A stretch of 64,000 nt of DNA from Neodothiora populina (lineage: Eukaryota). Under the pieces are notes generated by a model that did not search any database, was not told the origin of the DNA, and saw only the letters and a program-made list of their open reading frames with translations. The stretch is taken from positions 992,001 to 1,056,000 of the forward strand of contig NW_027191410.1 in assembly GCF_041146345.1 (NCBI RefSeq). Reading direction: 5' to 3'. Below are positions 37,171-50,242 of this stretch, piece after piece. Each line of letters opens with the position of its first letter. The stretch's first letter is position 1. The position numbers and the translations under genes were made by a program.

Positions 37171-38928
37171 CTAAAGTATATACTCGAACCTCCTCTCAGG
37201 TGCATAAACGCCCATTCCACCCATCAGCGCCTCTTCAAACTCTTCTTCCTCACTACCATTCCCATGACCACCACCCCTCCGATTCGCCCTACCCAACACG
37301 ACCCGCAACACAAGCGCCAACGCCGCCGCCAACAACATGAAAAGCGCACAAACGCCATGACTCCAGCTATAATACGGCGCCTCGACATCACTATACAACT
37401 GCTGCCCGACCAGCGAGCCGACATGTCCAAAGACCTGCAGAACCGACGACCCGACCGCTTTTCCCTCGTCCGAGACCTGGTTATTGATCGTCCAGACGAT
37501 GACCATCGTCACGGCGCTGAAGAAGCCTGCCGTCAGCGGGAAGAGGCAGGCGTAACGCGCGGGCTCAGGCATTTGCGGACACGTGGCGAGCACGGCATAT
37601 CCTGTTGCGGCAGCCAGGGCGTGGACGATCAAAGGCACGGAGCGGGATTTGTAGCGGTCTGATAGAGCTGCGGTGGCGAGGACGACGATGAAGGCGAAGA
37701 GGTTGGGAAAGGCGGACAGGCCTTGGGCGGCCAGGGAGGAGAAGCCCATGTTGCGCACTATTGTTGGGAGGAAGACAGGGAGGGAGCTGAAGGAGATGTT
37801 CAGGGCGAAGAGGATCGAGGCCAGGAGGTAGCTTTTGGGGTCTCTGAGGGTTTGCGCTGCGGCGCGCCAGTCCAGGCTGTGAGGCTTCGTTGACGACGCT
37901 GATCTGTGGATTGGTTTCGAATTGTGGGTTGGAGTGCGTAGACGCAGGGCTGCAATCTTTTGCTCTCGCGCGCTCAGCCAGCTCGCGCTTCCAGGAGTGT
38001 CCGGGATGATGTACCATGCGACCACTGCAAGAAGCATATTAGGAAACCCTTCGGCGATGAAGAGAAGACGCCATCCGTCGATACTGCTGCCTTGTGCGAA
38101 GCGGAGGATCAACCAGGCTAAGCTGCCAGCGAAAGAAGAAGCCAAAGGCGCAGCCGCAATGAATATGCCCGTCCTGCGGGCCAGTTCGTCCCGCTTGAAA
38201 AAGAAGGAAAGATAGAATGGGATGCCTGGTCCGAAAGCTGCCTCTGCGATTCCCAGACATAGCCGCAACATCAACATGGCTGTGAAGCTTGTCGCGACGC
38301 TTTGGAGAGCTGCTATCGCTCCCATGGCGGCGATACATGCTGCGATGTACTTGTGAGGAGGAAAAATACGATAGCTGATCGTGCACAAAATGAGTCCTCG
38401 GGCTACTAAGTCAGATGGTTATCTTTTCGCTCACCAGATTGTCATAAACTCGAACAAGATATAGGTCACGTAGAAACCATCGAGTATCCAATGGAATTGG
38501 ACTCCTGAGAGACCTAAGTCGGTCTCCAGTCCTGCGGCCTTTGCGTTCCCGAGGTCTGAGACAAGTTGTGGTCAGCGCGGGAGACACGAAAACCGCATGT
38601 GGCTCTGTATACAATGACTGCATCGAGGTCTGCACTTACTCGAACGATCAAGAAACGAAAGCATATACAACAAGGCGACGAACAAGACAAGCCGTCTATC
38701 CAGTCTGCTGACAACATCATGCTCTTCTTTCTTAGTAAAAGATGTCGGCTCAACATCAGAGGTACTGTCTACGTCTCCAGAGATCACCCAGTTCCACTCG
38801 TCTGGTGAACTCCCCCTTTCACCTTTCCTCAAAGTCACCCTGTCTCCCCGGTATGGATCAAGTAAGTGTGGTGCCGAGTCGCCGTGTATCTGCCCCAACC
38901 TGGCGGATCGGTCGTTTTCATTCACCAT
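37171..38928 (-). CDS. MFS transporter, anion:cation symporter (allantoate/nicotinate permease-like) family
   Basis: LDRRLV...LYMLSFLDRS|NLGNAK.AGL..DL, LRLCLGIAEAAFGPG...YLSFFFKRDELARR, GWRLLFIAEG, WL...E. Two introns. Confidence 0.88.
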
Positions 38929-39677
38929 GTTCCACCATTGAAACCTCCACTATCCTTCCATTCTAGAAGTTTTTAAAGCTACAGAGTGATTGCAGTTTGA
39001 ACCGTTATTAAACTAGCCATTGAGCAAGGAAATGAGAGGAGGCCGGAAACAAGGAGCTGATCATCTGACGACATCCCCCGTCCGCAACCCGGCAATAATA
39101 GGATCTGGACTGAAACCCACTTCAATGTCTTACCTTACCTTGTACTACATATATACTTTGGCAACTCACCGTCTTTGACATGAAACACACGCTGTCTGCC
39201 AGAAACTCAGGTAAACGAGGAATAAACGAGGAATAAACGACGGTTTTAATATACAGAAGCTCGCTCACCCAGTGCTCCATCATCCACAAATCACAGGACA
39301 TGAGAGATAAGATAAGCATTGTTTGATCACCGACTCGAGCCACGCAAGATGGAGATGGAGGGGTATTCCAGGGAGAGCCTTGGCAGACTCACGGTCGCTT
39401 ACACCTTCCAAACATCCAGAGCACCCATTGGTAGCACCATGAGGCGACGTGCAAATGCTCAATCAACACATTCCTGGTCCATCGTAGCATCTTTCATCGA
39501 CAAGGGATACAGACAGAAGCGTCGCCGACACATGCATTGATCCAGATTCTCGGCAAACCTCCACTCATGCTGTTTCCATCCCTGAAGGAGCATTGCGACT
39601 TGGAGTTTACCTGAATCCCCCCTCGACACTAGCATTCACGCCCTCGCCCCCGCGAAGACGCTCTCGCGCGGACAAAC

Positions 39678-41457
39678 ATGTTGGCTGCAAGCATGGGCCT
39701 ACCCTCTGCGATCTGGACGGTGCTGTTCTCAGGGTTTTTGGTCGATACTGTGTTATGCGCTTCAGGAGGTCACCAGGATCCATTGAGGAGCGCCAAAGAC
39801 AAGGCAAAGCTGAGGGCGGCCTGTCCGGCATACGAGCACTATGCCAGATTCCTACAGTATGGATCCTGAACCCGATGATTGAGTCTCGTAGAATGCGCCG
39901 ACGAGTGCTGACCTTCTTCAGCCATCCTTACAGCAAGGGCCCTCTCGAGCTACCTTTCCAGCGACCGGCGCGCCAATGCCGTACCTTTGAATCCGAGGCC
40001 GTGGACAGCATCATTGAAGATATGAATGCTAAGATGAAGGACAAAGACTTGGCGCGCATCTTCGAGAATGCCTTTCCCAACACCCTCGACACAACCGTGA
40101 GATGGCACGTGGACGAAAACGAGAATCCGCTCTCGAAGCATGTGTCTGGTGTTGATCATCATGGAAAGTGGGAGGGCGCACAAAGCTTTATTGTCACTGG
40201 CGACATCAATGCTGAATGGCTGAGAGATTCCACCAACCAGCTGGCGCAGTACCAGAAGCTCGCGAAGAAAGACAAGGCGATCGAGAAACTTATTCTGGGT
40301 GCCGTCAACACGCAAGCTGAATATGTTATCGAGTCGCCGTATTGCAACGCATTTCAACCTCCCTCACTCAGCAGATTACCTCCGAGCGACAATGGCCAGG
40401 GAGATACCGTACACCCTGTCTATGAACCCTCCAGAGTCTTCGAATGCAAGTACGAACTTGACTCTTTAGCGCATTTCTTATCCTTGACCAACCAATTTTA
40501 CGAACACTCAAAATCCAAAGCCTTCTTGACGCCTCGATGGTACCTCGCTCTCGATACTCTTTTAGCTGTCCTAGACCAACAGGCGAAATCGACTTTCAAC
40601 CAGAAAACTGGCGCCTTTGAGAAGAACGAATACAACTTCCGTCGCCGAACCGACACTGGGACCGAGACGCTCAATTTAGGCGGCAATGGAAATCCCCTGA
40701 ACTGGGGGACGGGCCTTGTTCGCAGCGCCTTCCGTCCCAGCGACGATGCTACAATTCTTGGCTTCTTTATCCCTGCAAACGCGATGATGGCGGTAGAGCT
40801 AAAGCGCACTGCTGCTATGCTCGCCGAGGTCGGAAAGCCAGCCCTCGCAAAGAATCTCAAGTCGCGTGGTGAGACTATCGAGAAGGGCGTGTGGGAGCAT
40901 GGAGTAGTAAATCATAAGAAGTATGGCCCCGTCTTTGCGTTCGAGGTGGATGGATATGGATCTGCTATCTTGATGGACGACGCGAACCTGCCGTCTCTGC
41001 TAGCTCTGCCCTTATTAGGCTTCCTTCGTACAGAGGAACAGACCTACCAAAACACGCGGCGGATGATCCTCGACAAGGAAGGTAACCCCTACTTCCTGAC
41101 AGGCAAGGCCTTCAAAGGTATTGGTGGACCCCACATTGGTCTCCAGAACGCATGGCCTATGAGCTTGCTGGTTCAAGCTATGACTTCCGATGACGATGAT
41201 GAGATCAGCGAGATCCTGAAGCTCGTCAAGCATGCCAGCCCACTTGGTCTTGTGCACGAAAGCATCAATGTTGACCACATGAAAGATTATACGCGTAAGT
41301 TGACCTTTTTTCCTTTTACCTCACACTGCTAATCAGACATGCAGGGAGCTGGTTCGCTTGGGCAAATTCTGTATTTGCGCAGACCATTCTAGATCTCGCG
41401 AGCCGGAAACCGCACCTATTATTCGGGGCAGGCGCAGACCCATACGTGATAGAATAG
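39678..41457 (+). CDS. Secreted glycoside hydrolase family 125 (exo-alpha-1,6-mannosidase-like)
   Basis: Signal-peptide-like N-terminus; FENAFPNTLDTT, IVTGDINAEWLRDS, ECKYELDSL, SAFRPSDDA, FAFEVDGYG...MDDANLPSLL, GGPH, HES and SWFAWANS. Two introns. Confidence 0.9.
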
Positions 41458-41917
41458 CTTAGTCCGATCCAATGATGCCTATATTCTCTTTGACCACATA
41501 TTCATTGCATTCTTCCCTATTTGTTGTATGCCAGCTCTCAATTGTAGATCTCGCAAATGGCTGCTTTCCCATTGGTCCTTCATGCTGTAGGACTAAACTT
41601 TAAAACGATGAATGCGGTACACCGCACTTGGCATCATGCGCATCTGTATGGGAGGGGCTATCGGAACCTGAGGTACTGTACGACTACACGCCACTATAGG
41701 ATACAAGTATTTTCTACAATCCGAATGCATTGATGACCTACCTCATCAATCGTAATAACATGTAATACTAAAAGGGGTCAAGTGCCATCCTAAGGACCGG
41801 ACCGTGCTCCCACTATTGTGAACAGTCACTCTTCTCTGGGCCCAATTCAAGCGGGTGTCCATGTCAATGAACCGATCCCCAGCAGTCTGAGCTGCTGTAG
41901 ATATCTCAAAGATTAAG

Positions 41918-44900
41918 ATGCCGGATGATTCAGAACCCAAAGATGCAGACGAGGGCGCCTCGATCGCTGACGTGGTTCCACGACAAGGTAGTCCTTCGTC
42001 TCTTGCAGCTGAAGCTACTTCACCACAGCATGATCTACCAGACGATCCAATCAACGACGTGGCACCCAATGGTCCAACCGATTCTGCATCGGGTGCATCA
42101 ATATCGAGTATCAGTGCTACCGAGGGTTATGTGGGCGAGCCGGTCTTCGATGCGGTCGGGGTCGAGGAATCCTACGGCGTAGAGGCTGAACCTCCGCTTC
42201 CCACCCATGTGAATGTAGATGACACCGATGACATCTACAAAGACTCGGAGATGAAGGTGGAAAGAATGCATAAATTCACCTTGTATGAGACGAATGTTCG
42301 CTACTGGATCACCGGTGCTGATATCACCGACAAACACTTCAAGATACTCAAGATCGACCGCACTGTGCCAGCCGGGCAGCTGTCGATCTTTGAAGATGAG
42401 AGCGTTTACACCAAGAGAGAAATGGAGCAGATGATAAAAAGTATCGACGACGGCAACAGGGCAACAGGGGGGCTGCGCCATAAGTGTAGTTTCTGGGGCA
42501 TCCTTGGCTTCATCAGATTCACCGGGGCTTATTACATGCTTTTAATCACCAAACGACAGCAAGTAGCCATACTTGGCGGTCATTACATCTATCAGATCGA
42601 TGGCACAGAATTAGTACCTCTGACCACTGGGCCCAATGCTCGACTCGCAGCCAGCAGAAACGCAGAAGAATCTCGATTCTTGGGTATCTTGAACAATCTC
42701 GATCTGACAAGGTCCTTTTATTTCAGCTATTCGTACAATATCACTCGTACACTGCAAGATAACATTATTCACCAAAGGGATGCAATCAACAAAGGAATAG
42801 AAGGACACAATCTCGACTTGAATGACATGTTCGTCTGGAACCATCATCTGCTCGAGCCTGTGCAGCACATGAAGAACCCCTATGGCTGGTGTTTGCCAAT
42901 CATTCATGGCTTCATTGACCAGGCTGCTCTTGATGTTTTCGGGCGCAGCTTGTACCTCACCATCATAGGCAGACGGTCAAGATTTTTTGCTGGTGCTCGC
43001 TTCCTCAAACGAGGCGCTAATGATCTCGGTTATGTAGCCAACGACGTTGAGACGGAGCAGATCGTGTCTGAGATGCTCTCGACATCGTTCCATGCGCCGG
43101 GACCACGCCTTTTCTCGAATCCGAATTATACGTCCTATGTGCATCACCGGGGCAGTATACCCCTGTATTGGACTCAAGACAACAGCGGTGTATCGCCCAA
43201 GCCGGACATTGATCTCAACCTCACAGACCCGTTCTATTCATCTGCGGCGTTGCACTTTGATGATCTCTTCAAGCGTTACGGATGTCAGGTCTACGTACTC
43301 AATCTGATCAAGGCGCGAGAGAGGACCCCCAGAGAATCTAAACTCCTGTACGAGTTCCAAAATGCCCTCGCGTATTTGAATCAATTCCTGCCAGAGGACA
43401 AGCAGATCTTGTACAAAGCATTTGACATGAGTCGAGCGGCTAAGACCCGCGGCGGGGACGTCATAGGTACTTTGGAAGATATCGCAGAAGACATTGTGCA
43501 GAGAACAGGCTTCTTTCGCAATGGCGTAGAAGAGCACGGGACTGCTCAGGTGCAGAACGGAGTTTCCCGAACAAACTGCATCGATTGTCTCGACAGGACG
43601 AATGCTGCACAATTTGTGATTGGGAAAAGAGCGCTCGGCCATCAACTCGTAGCACTCGGGGTACTTCCGACGCCTGACATGGAGTACGATTCGGACGCCG
43701 TCAACATCTTCACACATATGTTCCACGACCATGGAGATACCATCGCAGTGCAATACGGAGGGTCCCATCTCGTCAACACGATGGCCACGTACAGAAAGAT
43801 CAACCATTGGCAAAGCCATTCCAGGGACATGGTGGAGAGCTTCAAGAGGTATTACCACAACTCTTTCCTCGACTCGCAACGCCAAGAGGCATATAACCTG
43901 TTCCTCGGAAACTACATCTGGTCACAGGGTCAACCCATGCTATGGGATCTCGCCACCGACTACTATCTGCATCACGCCGATCCCAAAACATGGCTCGACC
44001 GACCACGCAGAAGCTACAGAATCTGGTATGACCCGAAAAACCTCGAACCCAGAGTCTTACCGACCGTCTCTCCCTCACGCTTGACCGGAGGCGGCGTGCC
44101 ACGCTACGACGACTACTGGCTCGAATACTACCGACCGCTAGCCATATCCTCGTTCGCGAAAGTGTACGCCTTCCGCATAAATTCGAATAACCGGTACCTG
44201 CCGGATCGACCCAGCAAAGAAGGCAAATTCGACTTCAGCCCCTTCGTGCCGCGCCTCGACGCCAGCAAGCAAGCCGAGTCGCCGGAGAAGAAGCCTCCTC
44301 CCGCGCGCAAAGGCGTGACGATCGTCGACCCAACGAGCGAAAACGACACGCCGCACCACCGCCTCGCAGCCGCAGAGCGCGAACGGCCCGACCCACGCGT
44401 CGCCATCGTCCCAGAGAGTATCCTGCGCGACACCTCGGCGCAAAAACACCAGCAGCAGCAGCAGCAGCAGCACGCTGCTCTTCACAATAACAACAATAAT
44501 AGCCAAACCAGCACGCCAAAAACCACATCAGACTTCGTCGAAGACGCGCTCAATAAGGCAGAGGCGAAAGCCATGCTCGCGCACCTCACGATGAACAAGA
44601 TCTACGACCAGTCCCTCTCGCCATGCGTCACGCGCGAGGAGACGGATGAGTACGAGCACTACATCGAGCACCCGCTGCGTATCCCGCTGATCATCTCGAG
44701 CGACTTCCAGGAGCGCATGACGGATAGCGTGGCGCAGTATGAGGACTATGTCAATGGACACAGGGATGAGTTCGACGGCGATGATATCGCGGATTACGAT
44801 ATTCCCGAGGAGGAGCTGGCTGAGTATGAGGACTATGTCACTGTCAAGGATGATCCGTTGACGGTGTTTGAGGAGGATGGGACTAAGAAGAGGTATACGG

Positions 44901-44986
44901 CGTATAAGAAGTGGTTGAGGGGGAAGAGTCTGTTCAAGCAGAGTAAGGTCGATCCCGAGTATCAATTGCAAGTAGCGCGCGTGTGA
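41918..44986 (+). CDS. FIG4: Polyphosphoinositide phosphatase Fig4 (Sac domain)
   Basis: 1022-aa single-exon ORF with RRSRFFAGARFLKRG, VANDVETEQIV, RGSIPLYWTQ, catalytic RTNCIDCLDRTN (CX5RT), and HGDTIAVQYGGS. Confidence 0.95.
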   Translation: MPDDSEPKDADEGASIADVVPRQGSPSSLAAEATSPQHDLPDDPINDVAPNGPTDSASGASISSISATEGYVGEPVFDAVGVEESYGVEAEPPLPTHVNVDDTDDIYKDSEMKVERMHKFTLYETNVRYWITGADITDKHFKILKIDRTVPAGQLSIFEDESVYTKREMEQMIKSIDDGNRATGGLRHKCSFWGILGFIRFTGAYYMLLITKRQQVAILGGHYIYQIDGTELVPLTTGPNARLAASRNAEESRFLGILNNLDLTRSFYFSYSYNITRTLQDNIIHQRDAINKGIEGHNLDLNDMFVWNHHLLEPVQHMKNPYGWCLPIIHGFIDQAALDVFGRSLYLTIIGRRSRFFAGARFLKRGANDLGYVANDVETEQIVSEMLSTSFHAPGPRLFSNPNYTSYVHHRGSIPLYWTQDNSGVSPKPDIDLNLTDPFYSSAALHFDDLFKRYGCQVYVLNLIKARERTPRESKLLYEFQNALAYLNQFLPEDKQILYKAFDMSRAAKTRGGDVIGTLEDIAEDIVQRTGFFRNGVEEHGTAQVQNGVSRTNCIDCLDRTNAAQFVIGKRALGHQLVALGVLPTPDMEYDSDAVNIFTHMFHDHGDTIAVQYGGSHLVNTMATYRKINHWQSHSRDMVESFKRYYHNSFLDSQRQEAYNLFLGNYIWSQGQPMLWDLATDYYLHHADPKTWLDRPRRSYRIWYDPKNLEPRVLPTVSPSRLTGGGVPRYDDYWLEYYRPLAISSFAKVYAFRINSNNRYLPDRPSKEGKFDFSPFVPRLDASKQAESPEKKPPPARKGVTIVDPTSENDTPHHRLAAAERERPDPRVAIVPESILRDTSAQKHQQQQQQQHAALHNNNNNSQTSTPKTTSDFVEDALNKAEAKAMLAHLTMNKIYDQSLSPCVTREETDEYEHYIEHPLRIPLIISSDFQERMTDSVAQYEDYVNGHRDEFDGDDIADYDIPEEELAEYEDYVTVKDDPLTVFEEDGTKKRYTAYKKWLRGKSLFKQSKVDPEYQLQVARV

Positions 44987-45184
44987 GAGATATACTGTTT
45001 GATTCCAAATTCATACGCAATTTATTTGATTCGATTCCTCTAATTCCTTATCATCTTGACCTCTACTTCCTTATCATCTTGACATCGACATCGACTATTC
45101 GTTCCAATCTATATCCTCATGTCCTCCCACACTGCATTTCAATATCCCCAGTCTACCTCTCTCCCATGCCAAGCACCGCGTCCC

Positions 45185-46859
45185 TCACTCTCCACCATAA
45201 CCGATGCGCAAAGTGTCAGAAACATCAATAGCAGGCGGCTCCATCATCTCGCTGTACCCAATCCGAACGCCATCAAAAGCGGCAGTAGTAGTGGCAGTAG
45301 AAGACGGATCAGTCTCATACCCAGCCTCTGGAACCCCAATGATGTAGTCCTTCAAAGGAGGAGCTTCGGTGTTGATGCCGGTATTACCATTACCATTGTT
45401 CGTATCGCCAGCATCAGCAACAGCAGGGTCGCCGCCGGGAAACCAATTCGCCATTGGGATCTGTGCGATGGAAGGACGATTACGCTGGAGAATGTCGCGA
45501 CTATTACGCTCTTCCCTGTCGTCAGCATCTCGTGTAGTCTCCTGCTCTGTCACACCGAGCGCGATGGCCTCGCTGCTGTGCCTCATTTGAAAGTTTCGCA
45601 TATCGGGCACGAGGCCCAGATCCAAAGCGAACCTATTGGCAAAAGCATTGTTTGCAATTTGTGGTTCTTCTAGGTTTTGGTCCCGATGGACTGAGTCTTG
45701 TCTGTACTCGCGTTTGATCCTTTCGTTTCCTCCCTCCTCATCCTCGCCGACGGTGTAGGCGGAAACCATGGCAATGTCGTTGTTGTCATTGCCATTTTCG
45801 GTTTCGTTGGTACGCAGGGTGTTGATCATTGCTTCGGCGTCGTCAATATCCATGGCTTTCTCTGTTTTGACTTCTCGCTTTATGACGGCGTTAGAGGACG
45901 GGGAGGATCGAGCGGCTGGTGCTGAGCTCTCTGGTTCTTCTTTGATGGCATGTGCAGCAGCAGCAGTAGTATCAGCAGTTGTCAGGAGTCTACGCCTTTT
46001 GCGGCCCCTGGCGAGAGGCTCGTCTTCTCCTTCTGCGTCTGCCTTTCCGTCTTCGCGTTTCACGAAACTTTTGTGGTCTTCGTCTTCGGTGTCTGTGCCT
46101 GACCCTGATTCTGACGAGGATGAACTCGAGGATTCGTAGTCGTACTGGTCTAGTCCCACAGTCCTGTGTTTCTGTATGGGCTTACCGCTTGGGTTCTTTT
46201 TGCCGTGTCCTTGAGATTTTGTGATTGTGCTGGTGGTTGTGCCTTTTTTAGGAGTCTTTCCCATCTGGGTAGAGCTTGTCTTCGGGGAGTGTTGCTTCTG
46301 CTTACTCCCTTTTCTCTTCCTGAGTTTCTTAGTGCTGGTAGTGGGTTTTTGGAATGTCTCGTCCTTTGCCGATTGGCCTTTTCCGTTGCCTCCAGCATGA
46401 TCACCAGTGTTTCCGCCGCCGAAGTCAGGTGAAGCAGTGATAGGTCCTCCCAGGTGAACAGCTGATGGGCCAACACCAACTTGAGCAGCAAGTGCAGCTT
46501 GAGCTTGAGCGACTTGAGCCGCCTGGGCGGCAGCGACTTGAGCAGCATTGTTGGCTGCAAAGAATGCAGCCATGGTGTTTTCGAGTGCGATTTTGAGTCT
46601 CATCAGTCTCATTCTGGCTGCTGGTGCTTTGATCTGGAAGTCTTGGGCTACTTTGGCGTAGTTGATCTTTCGTGCTTTCAGTATGAGTATCTTGTATACA
46701 ATTGAGGAGTTGTAAAAAGGCCGAAGGGGAGGGAGAAGATAGACCCAAGAAGGGCAACTAAAGGAATGAAAAGCAAAGACTTACAGTTGTGTGGTTGGAG
46801 TGTTTGAAGCACGAGTAGAGAAAGCGCAGGTTAGAGTCTGCGTCTATCTTTGCTGGCAT
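45185..46859 (-). CDS. Hypothetical protein with N-terminal fungal Myb-like helix-turn-helix and long low-complexity tail
   Basis: Exon 1 (ATG at 46859) spliced via GTAAGT...AAAG gives MPAKIDADSNLRFLYSCFKHSNHTT|INYAKVAQDFQIKAPAARMRLMRLK, resembling the FL..C.......I(D/N)Y..VA...I...AARMR..RLK fungal Myb-like pattern. Several basic NLS-like stretches follow. Confidence 0.65.
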
Positions 46860-47799
46860 CTTCGTTTCAAATTATCTTTCCCCCTTGAACCACTCTTCTT
46901 GATGTTCAGAGATGACCAAAGTGAATATGTGCCTAACACAGATATCAGTCTTCCCCAATGTGACGGCCTCAACCGACTGAAGGTATGAATAGCAGGCAAA
47001 ACTAGAGGATGTCCAATATGTCATCGAGAGATGAGAAGGAACGAAAGTACGTCTTGTCCTTATAATCTCCTGGCGATACCTCTGTCAAAGACCTATGAGA
47101 TTCTCTCGTTGTGACAACCAGGACATGCCACGGAATAGAAAGACATAGAGAGAGAAACAGGTCGGACAGACAGAGGGACGGAACAAGGATAGGCAAACTT
47201 TGCGGCATGGACTTGTAGACATTGTAAGATAGAAGTGGATTCGCCATGACAGATTCTGGTAGAGTGTGATCAGTGTTCTATAGCGGATAGTTTGGTTCGT
47301 GCAAAAGGAAACCCAAGAGACAGAGAGACACTGTTTGTCCAGAACGATGACAAGATGCATTCCGAAAGTAGAGGAGCAGTATCGTGGAGGAGAGAAAGAG
47401 AAATGAGAATAGTCTCTAAAGCTCTGTCTACCTGGTTCATTCTTCGAATCAGGTCACAAGACAGACGAAGAGGCTTGAAGTGTTTCAAGAGAACAGGAGG
47501 CGAGAGAGCGGCGGGGCAAGATTGAGGGACTTCTTGTTTATCTCTCGATATGATGAACACGTCAGAGATGGAGCAACAGAGATTGCGAAAGAATGATAGA
47601 AGAGAAAAGGGAAAGAGCGCCGTGTCAGAATTTCTGTGATAGGGCAAGGCTTTTTCCTGGACTGCGTACCGAGACAAATAGAGAAGGTGCAAAGGAGCGC
47701 GCGCACCTAGGGCCAGAAAGCAGAGAAAGCAGAATGCTGAAACAGTAGCTGGGCAATTTACACACACACAAATGCATCGGACCACGATACTGTCAATAC

Positions 47800-50054
47800 C
47801 TAACTCTGGATACCCAATCCCTCGACTCCAGCCCCTTGCCCATATCCATTGCCGACTCCACCAAAGTCCGAATGGTCGCCGCCAACGACACCCTGAGCAA
47901 CCAGTGTGGAAAAATCAACACCGACCTCTCGCAACACCTCACTCTGGCGCTTGACGATGCCCAAACACTCGTCCCAGAGTGCACTCCCTCTTTCGACATT
48001 GCTCAATTGCCGCTCGAGGCTAGCGTTGAAGTCGTCAATGCGCTCTTTGGCCCACTTGACTACAGCGGAGGAAGAGCTGGCTGGAAAAGAAGAAGAAAAA
48101 GTGCGGAAAGTGTGCAGGATCAGGGTAAATGTCACGTATGACAATGCTGTTAGATGGGGAGGCAGGGAGCCAGTGAATGGGACTTGTCTGGTTTTCGTTA
48201 GTCTCGAACAGAACATTGAAAGGCTTATAAGCAAAGTGATACCTTGTCCTCTTGCGCAAGACTTCCTTGCGGGCCTCGAGATAACCCGTGCGTGCCATCT
48301 CCTCGAAGCCCAGTCTGATCAGCCAACCGACGTTCTGCTTGACCGCAGCAGCGCCGGAATTGTTGTCTCGCAGTCGTCGACCGATGACGGTGGCAAGTTT
48401 GGCAGCTCGCTGGTCTAATTTGCGGCTGATGATTTCCTGTGCAATCATGTTTCCCTTGATGCCCCGAGATAGCTTGCGTAGTCTTTCTGTTTGAACGACT
48501 GCTTCGTCAAAGTGCTGCAGAGCAATGTCGATGTCTAGCGTATCAAGCTGGTTCTCCACCCAACGCAGTGACTGCTGCTTCCCGTCGACGTCAATGAGGC
48601 TAGACGCACGATTGGCAAGACCTGGCTCGATGCCATCGGTGCCGCCCGCACTCTGCAGCAATCTCGAGTCTCCGGCCAGGAAAGCCAGTTCGTCGAGGGC
48701 ACGTTCTCTCTCGCCGTGTTCGGCGAGCATGATCTTGCGCAAGTCCTCGGCGGCCTTCCTGAAGGCTACCAGCAGAGCCGAGGTGTCGTCGGCGCTGTCT
48801 GAGCTGGTGGCGGCAAAAGTCCAAGACTCGTTCCCTACGCGGACATTCACAGCATGAGAGAAGCTCTGCTGGTCGGAACGAGCGTGGGAATCCCCAGGGC
48901 GGATGGATATGTCAGCCATGTGCACGTCCTGGAGTGGCCAACATCGCTCGGCGACGAGATGAGTCTGAGTAGGCGGCTGATAGGCAGAGTGTCGCCTGTT
49001 GGCCATGTTGGGAGAGATGCCGGTGGGGTCGACGCGCTTCTTCTCGCTGGCGAAAAGCAGATGGTCGTTCAACAGGATCAAATGGACGCGCCGTCTGGGC
49101 TTCCATGTGGCGGCATTCAACTCGACCCATCTCCCAGACTCATGCAGCACGTGTCTTCCAGGCACGGCAGGCAAGTATCTCTGCGAGCCTTCGACGCGCT
49201 TCCACAGTGTTTGCAGATGTGTGGACCAGAGGGCTTCGAGGTTAGCCACACTGCTGCGATTCGCCCGTTTCCGGTTCACTTGACTCTCGGAAGCACTGTC
49301 GGAAGAGGTGGAGGTGGCGGTATGACTGAGGAGAGTGGTCAACTCAGACATCAGAGCACGCAGGGTGCGCAGCTCGGTCTTGAGCTTGTCGGCTTCGTTG
49401 GAGATCTTGATGAACTGGGTGCGGTTCTGATAGACATTGTGTTGCAGGTCGGCCGAGGTGTGAGCTTTCAAGCTCTGTAGGTCGGATTGGAAGTTGTAGA
49501 TGTCGTCTTCGGTAGCATCGGCGAGGGCTCGTGCAGCATCTGCATCAGTCGGACAAAGCACGTGTCAGTCTTGGTGAAGGCAGAATGGAGGGCACAAACG
49601 ACGAACACTTCTCGGGCTGCAGAGTCGGATTGCTCAATGCCGTGACGTCGAGTCGGATGCGCTGACCAGGAGGTCTCTCGGGTGATTTGCCTGATCTGTT
49701 GGACCTTCCAGAACGCACAGAAGAGGCATACTTGGCAGGAAGCTGAGGCACGCCAGGCACCGGTGGAGGGAGGTCGGTGTTGTCGGGCTGGGCGAAACGG
49801 GTAGAGTATCTCCTCTTGACGAGGTCGGCAGTGCGGTCGTTCCCACTGATCGAAGGGCGCAGTCGCGGCGTAGGCGAAGGCACGGCGAGACTGGTATTGC
49901 TTGCATTGGGAGAGGGGTTCCAGTTGGGGGCGCGTAGTGAAGGCACCGACTCGGACGACTGATTCGTGATGATTTGTTGTGGTGCACTGATCTGGGGACG
50001 CGCGGTTGTCTTTTTTTTCTTCCGTAGAGAGACGATGCCCTTGGTCCTCTCCAT
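47800..50054 (-). CDS. EXO84: Exocyst complex component Exo84
   Basis: SLRKK..RPQISAP, TADLVKRRYSTRF, DLQHNVYQNRTQFIKIS.EA, RSSVANLEALW, PH-like WVELNAATWKPRRRVHLILLNDHL, and C-terminal VKWAKE. Two introns. Confidence 0.93.
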
Positions 50055-50171
50055 TTTGGTGTGTATTGAGACAGTTGTTTTATTATTATTATTATTATTG
50101 TATATTGGGATAGGTGAGGTGCTGTAGTGCTGCTGTCCGACCACAATTACAGGGACAACACGCCTGTGCTG

Positions 50172-50242
50172 GTGCTTGTGCTTGTGCTTGTGCTTGTGCT
50201 TGTGCTTGTGCTTGTGCTTGTGCTTGTGCTTGTGCTTGTGCT
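50172..50242. repeat. (GTGCTT)n hexanucleotide microsatellite, about 12 units, upstream of EXO84
   Basis: Direct reading. An (ATT)n run also lies at about 50081-50099. Confidence 0.95.
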
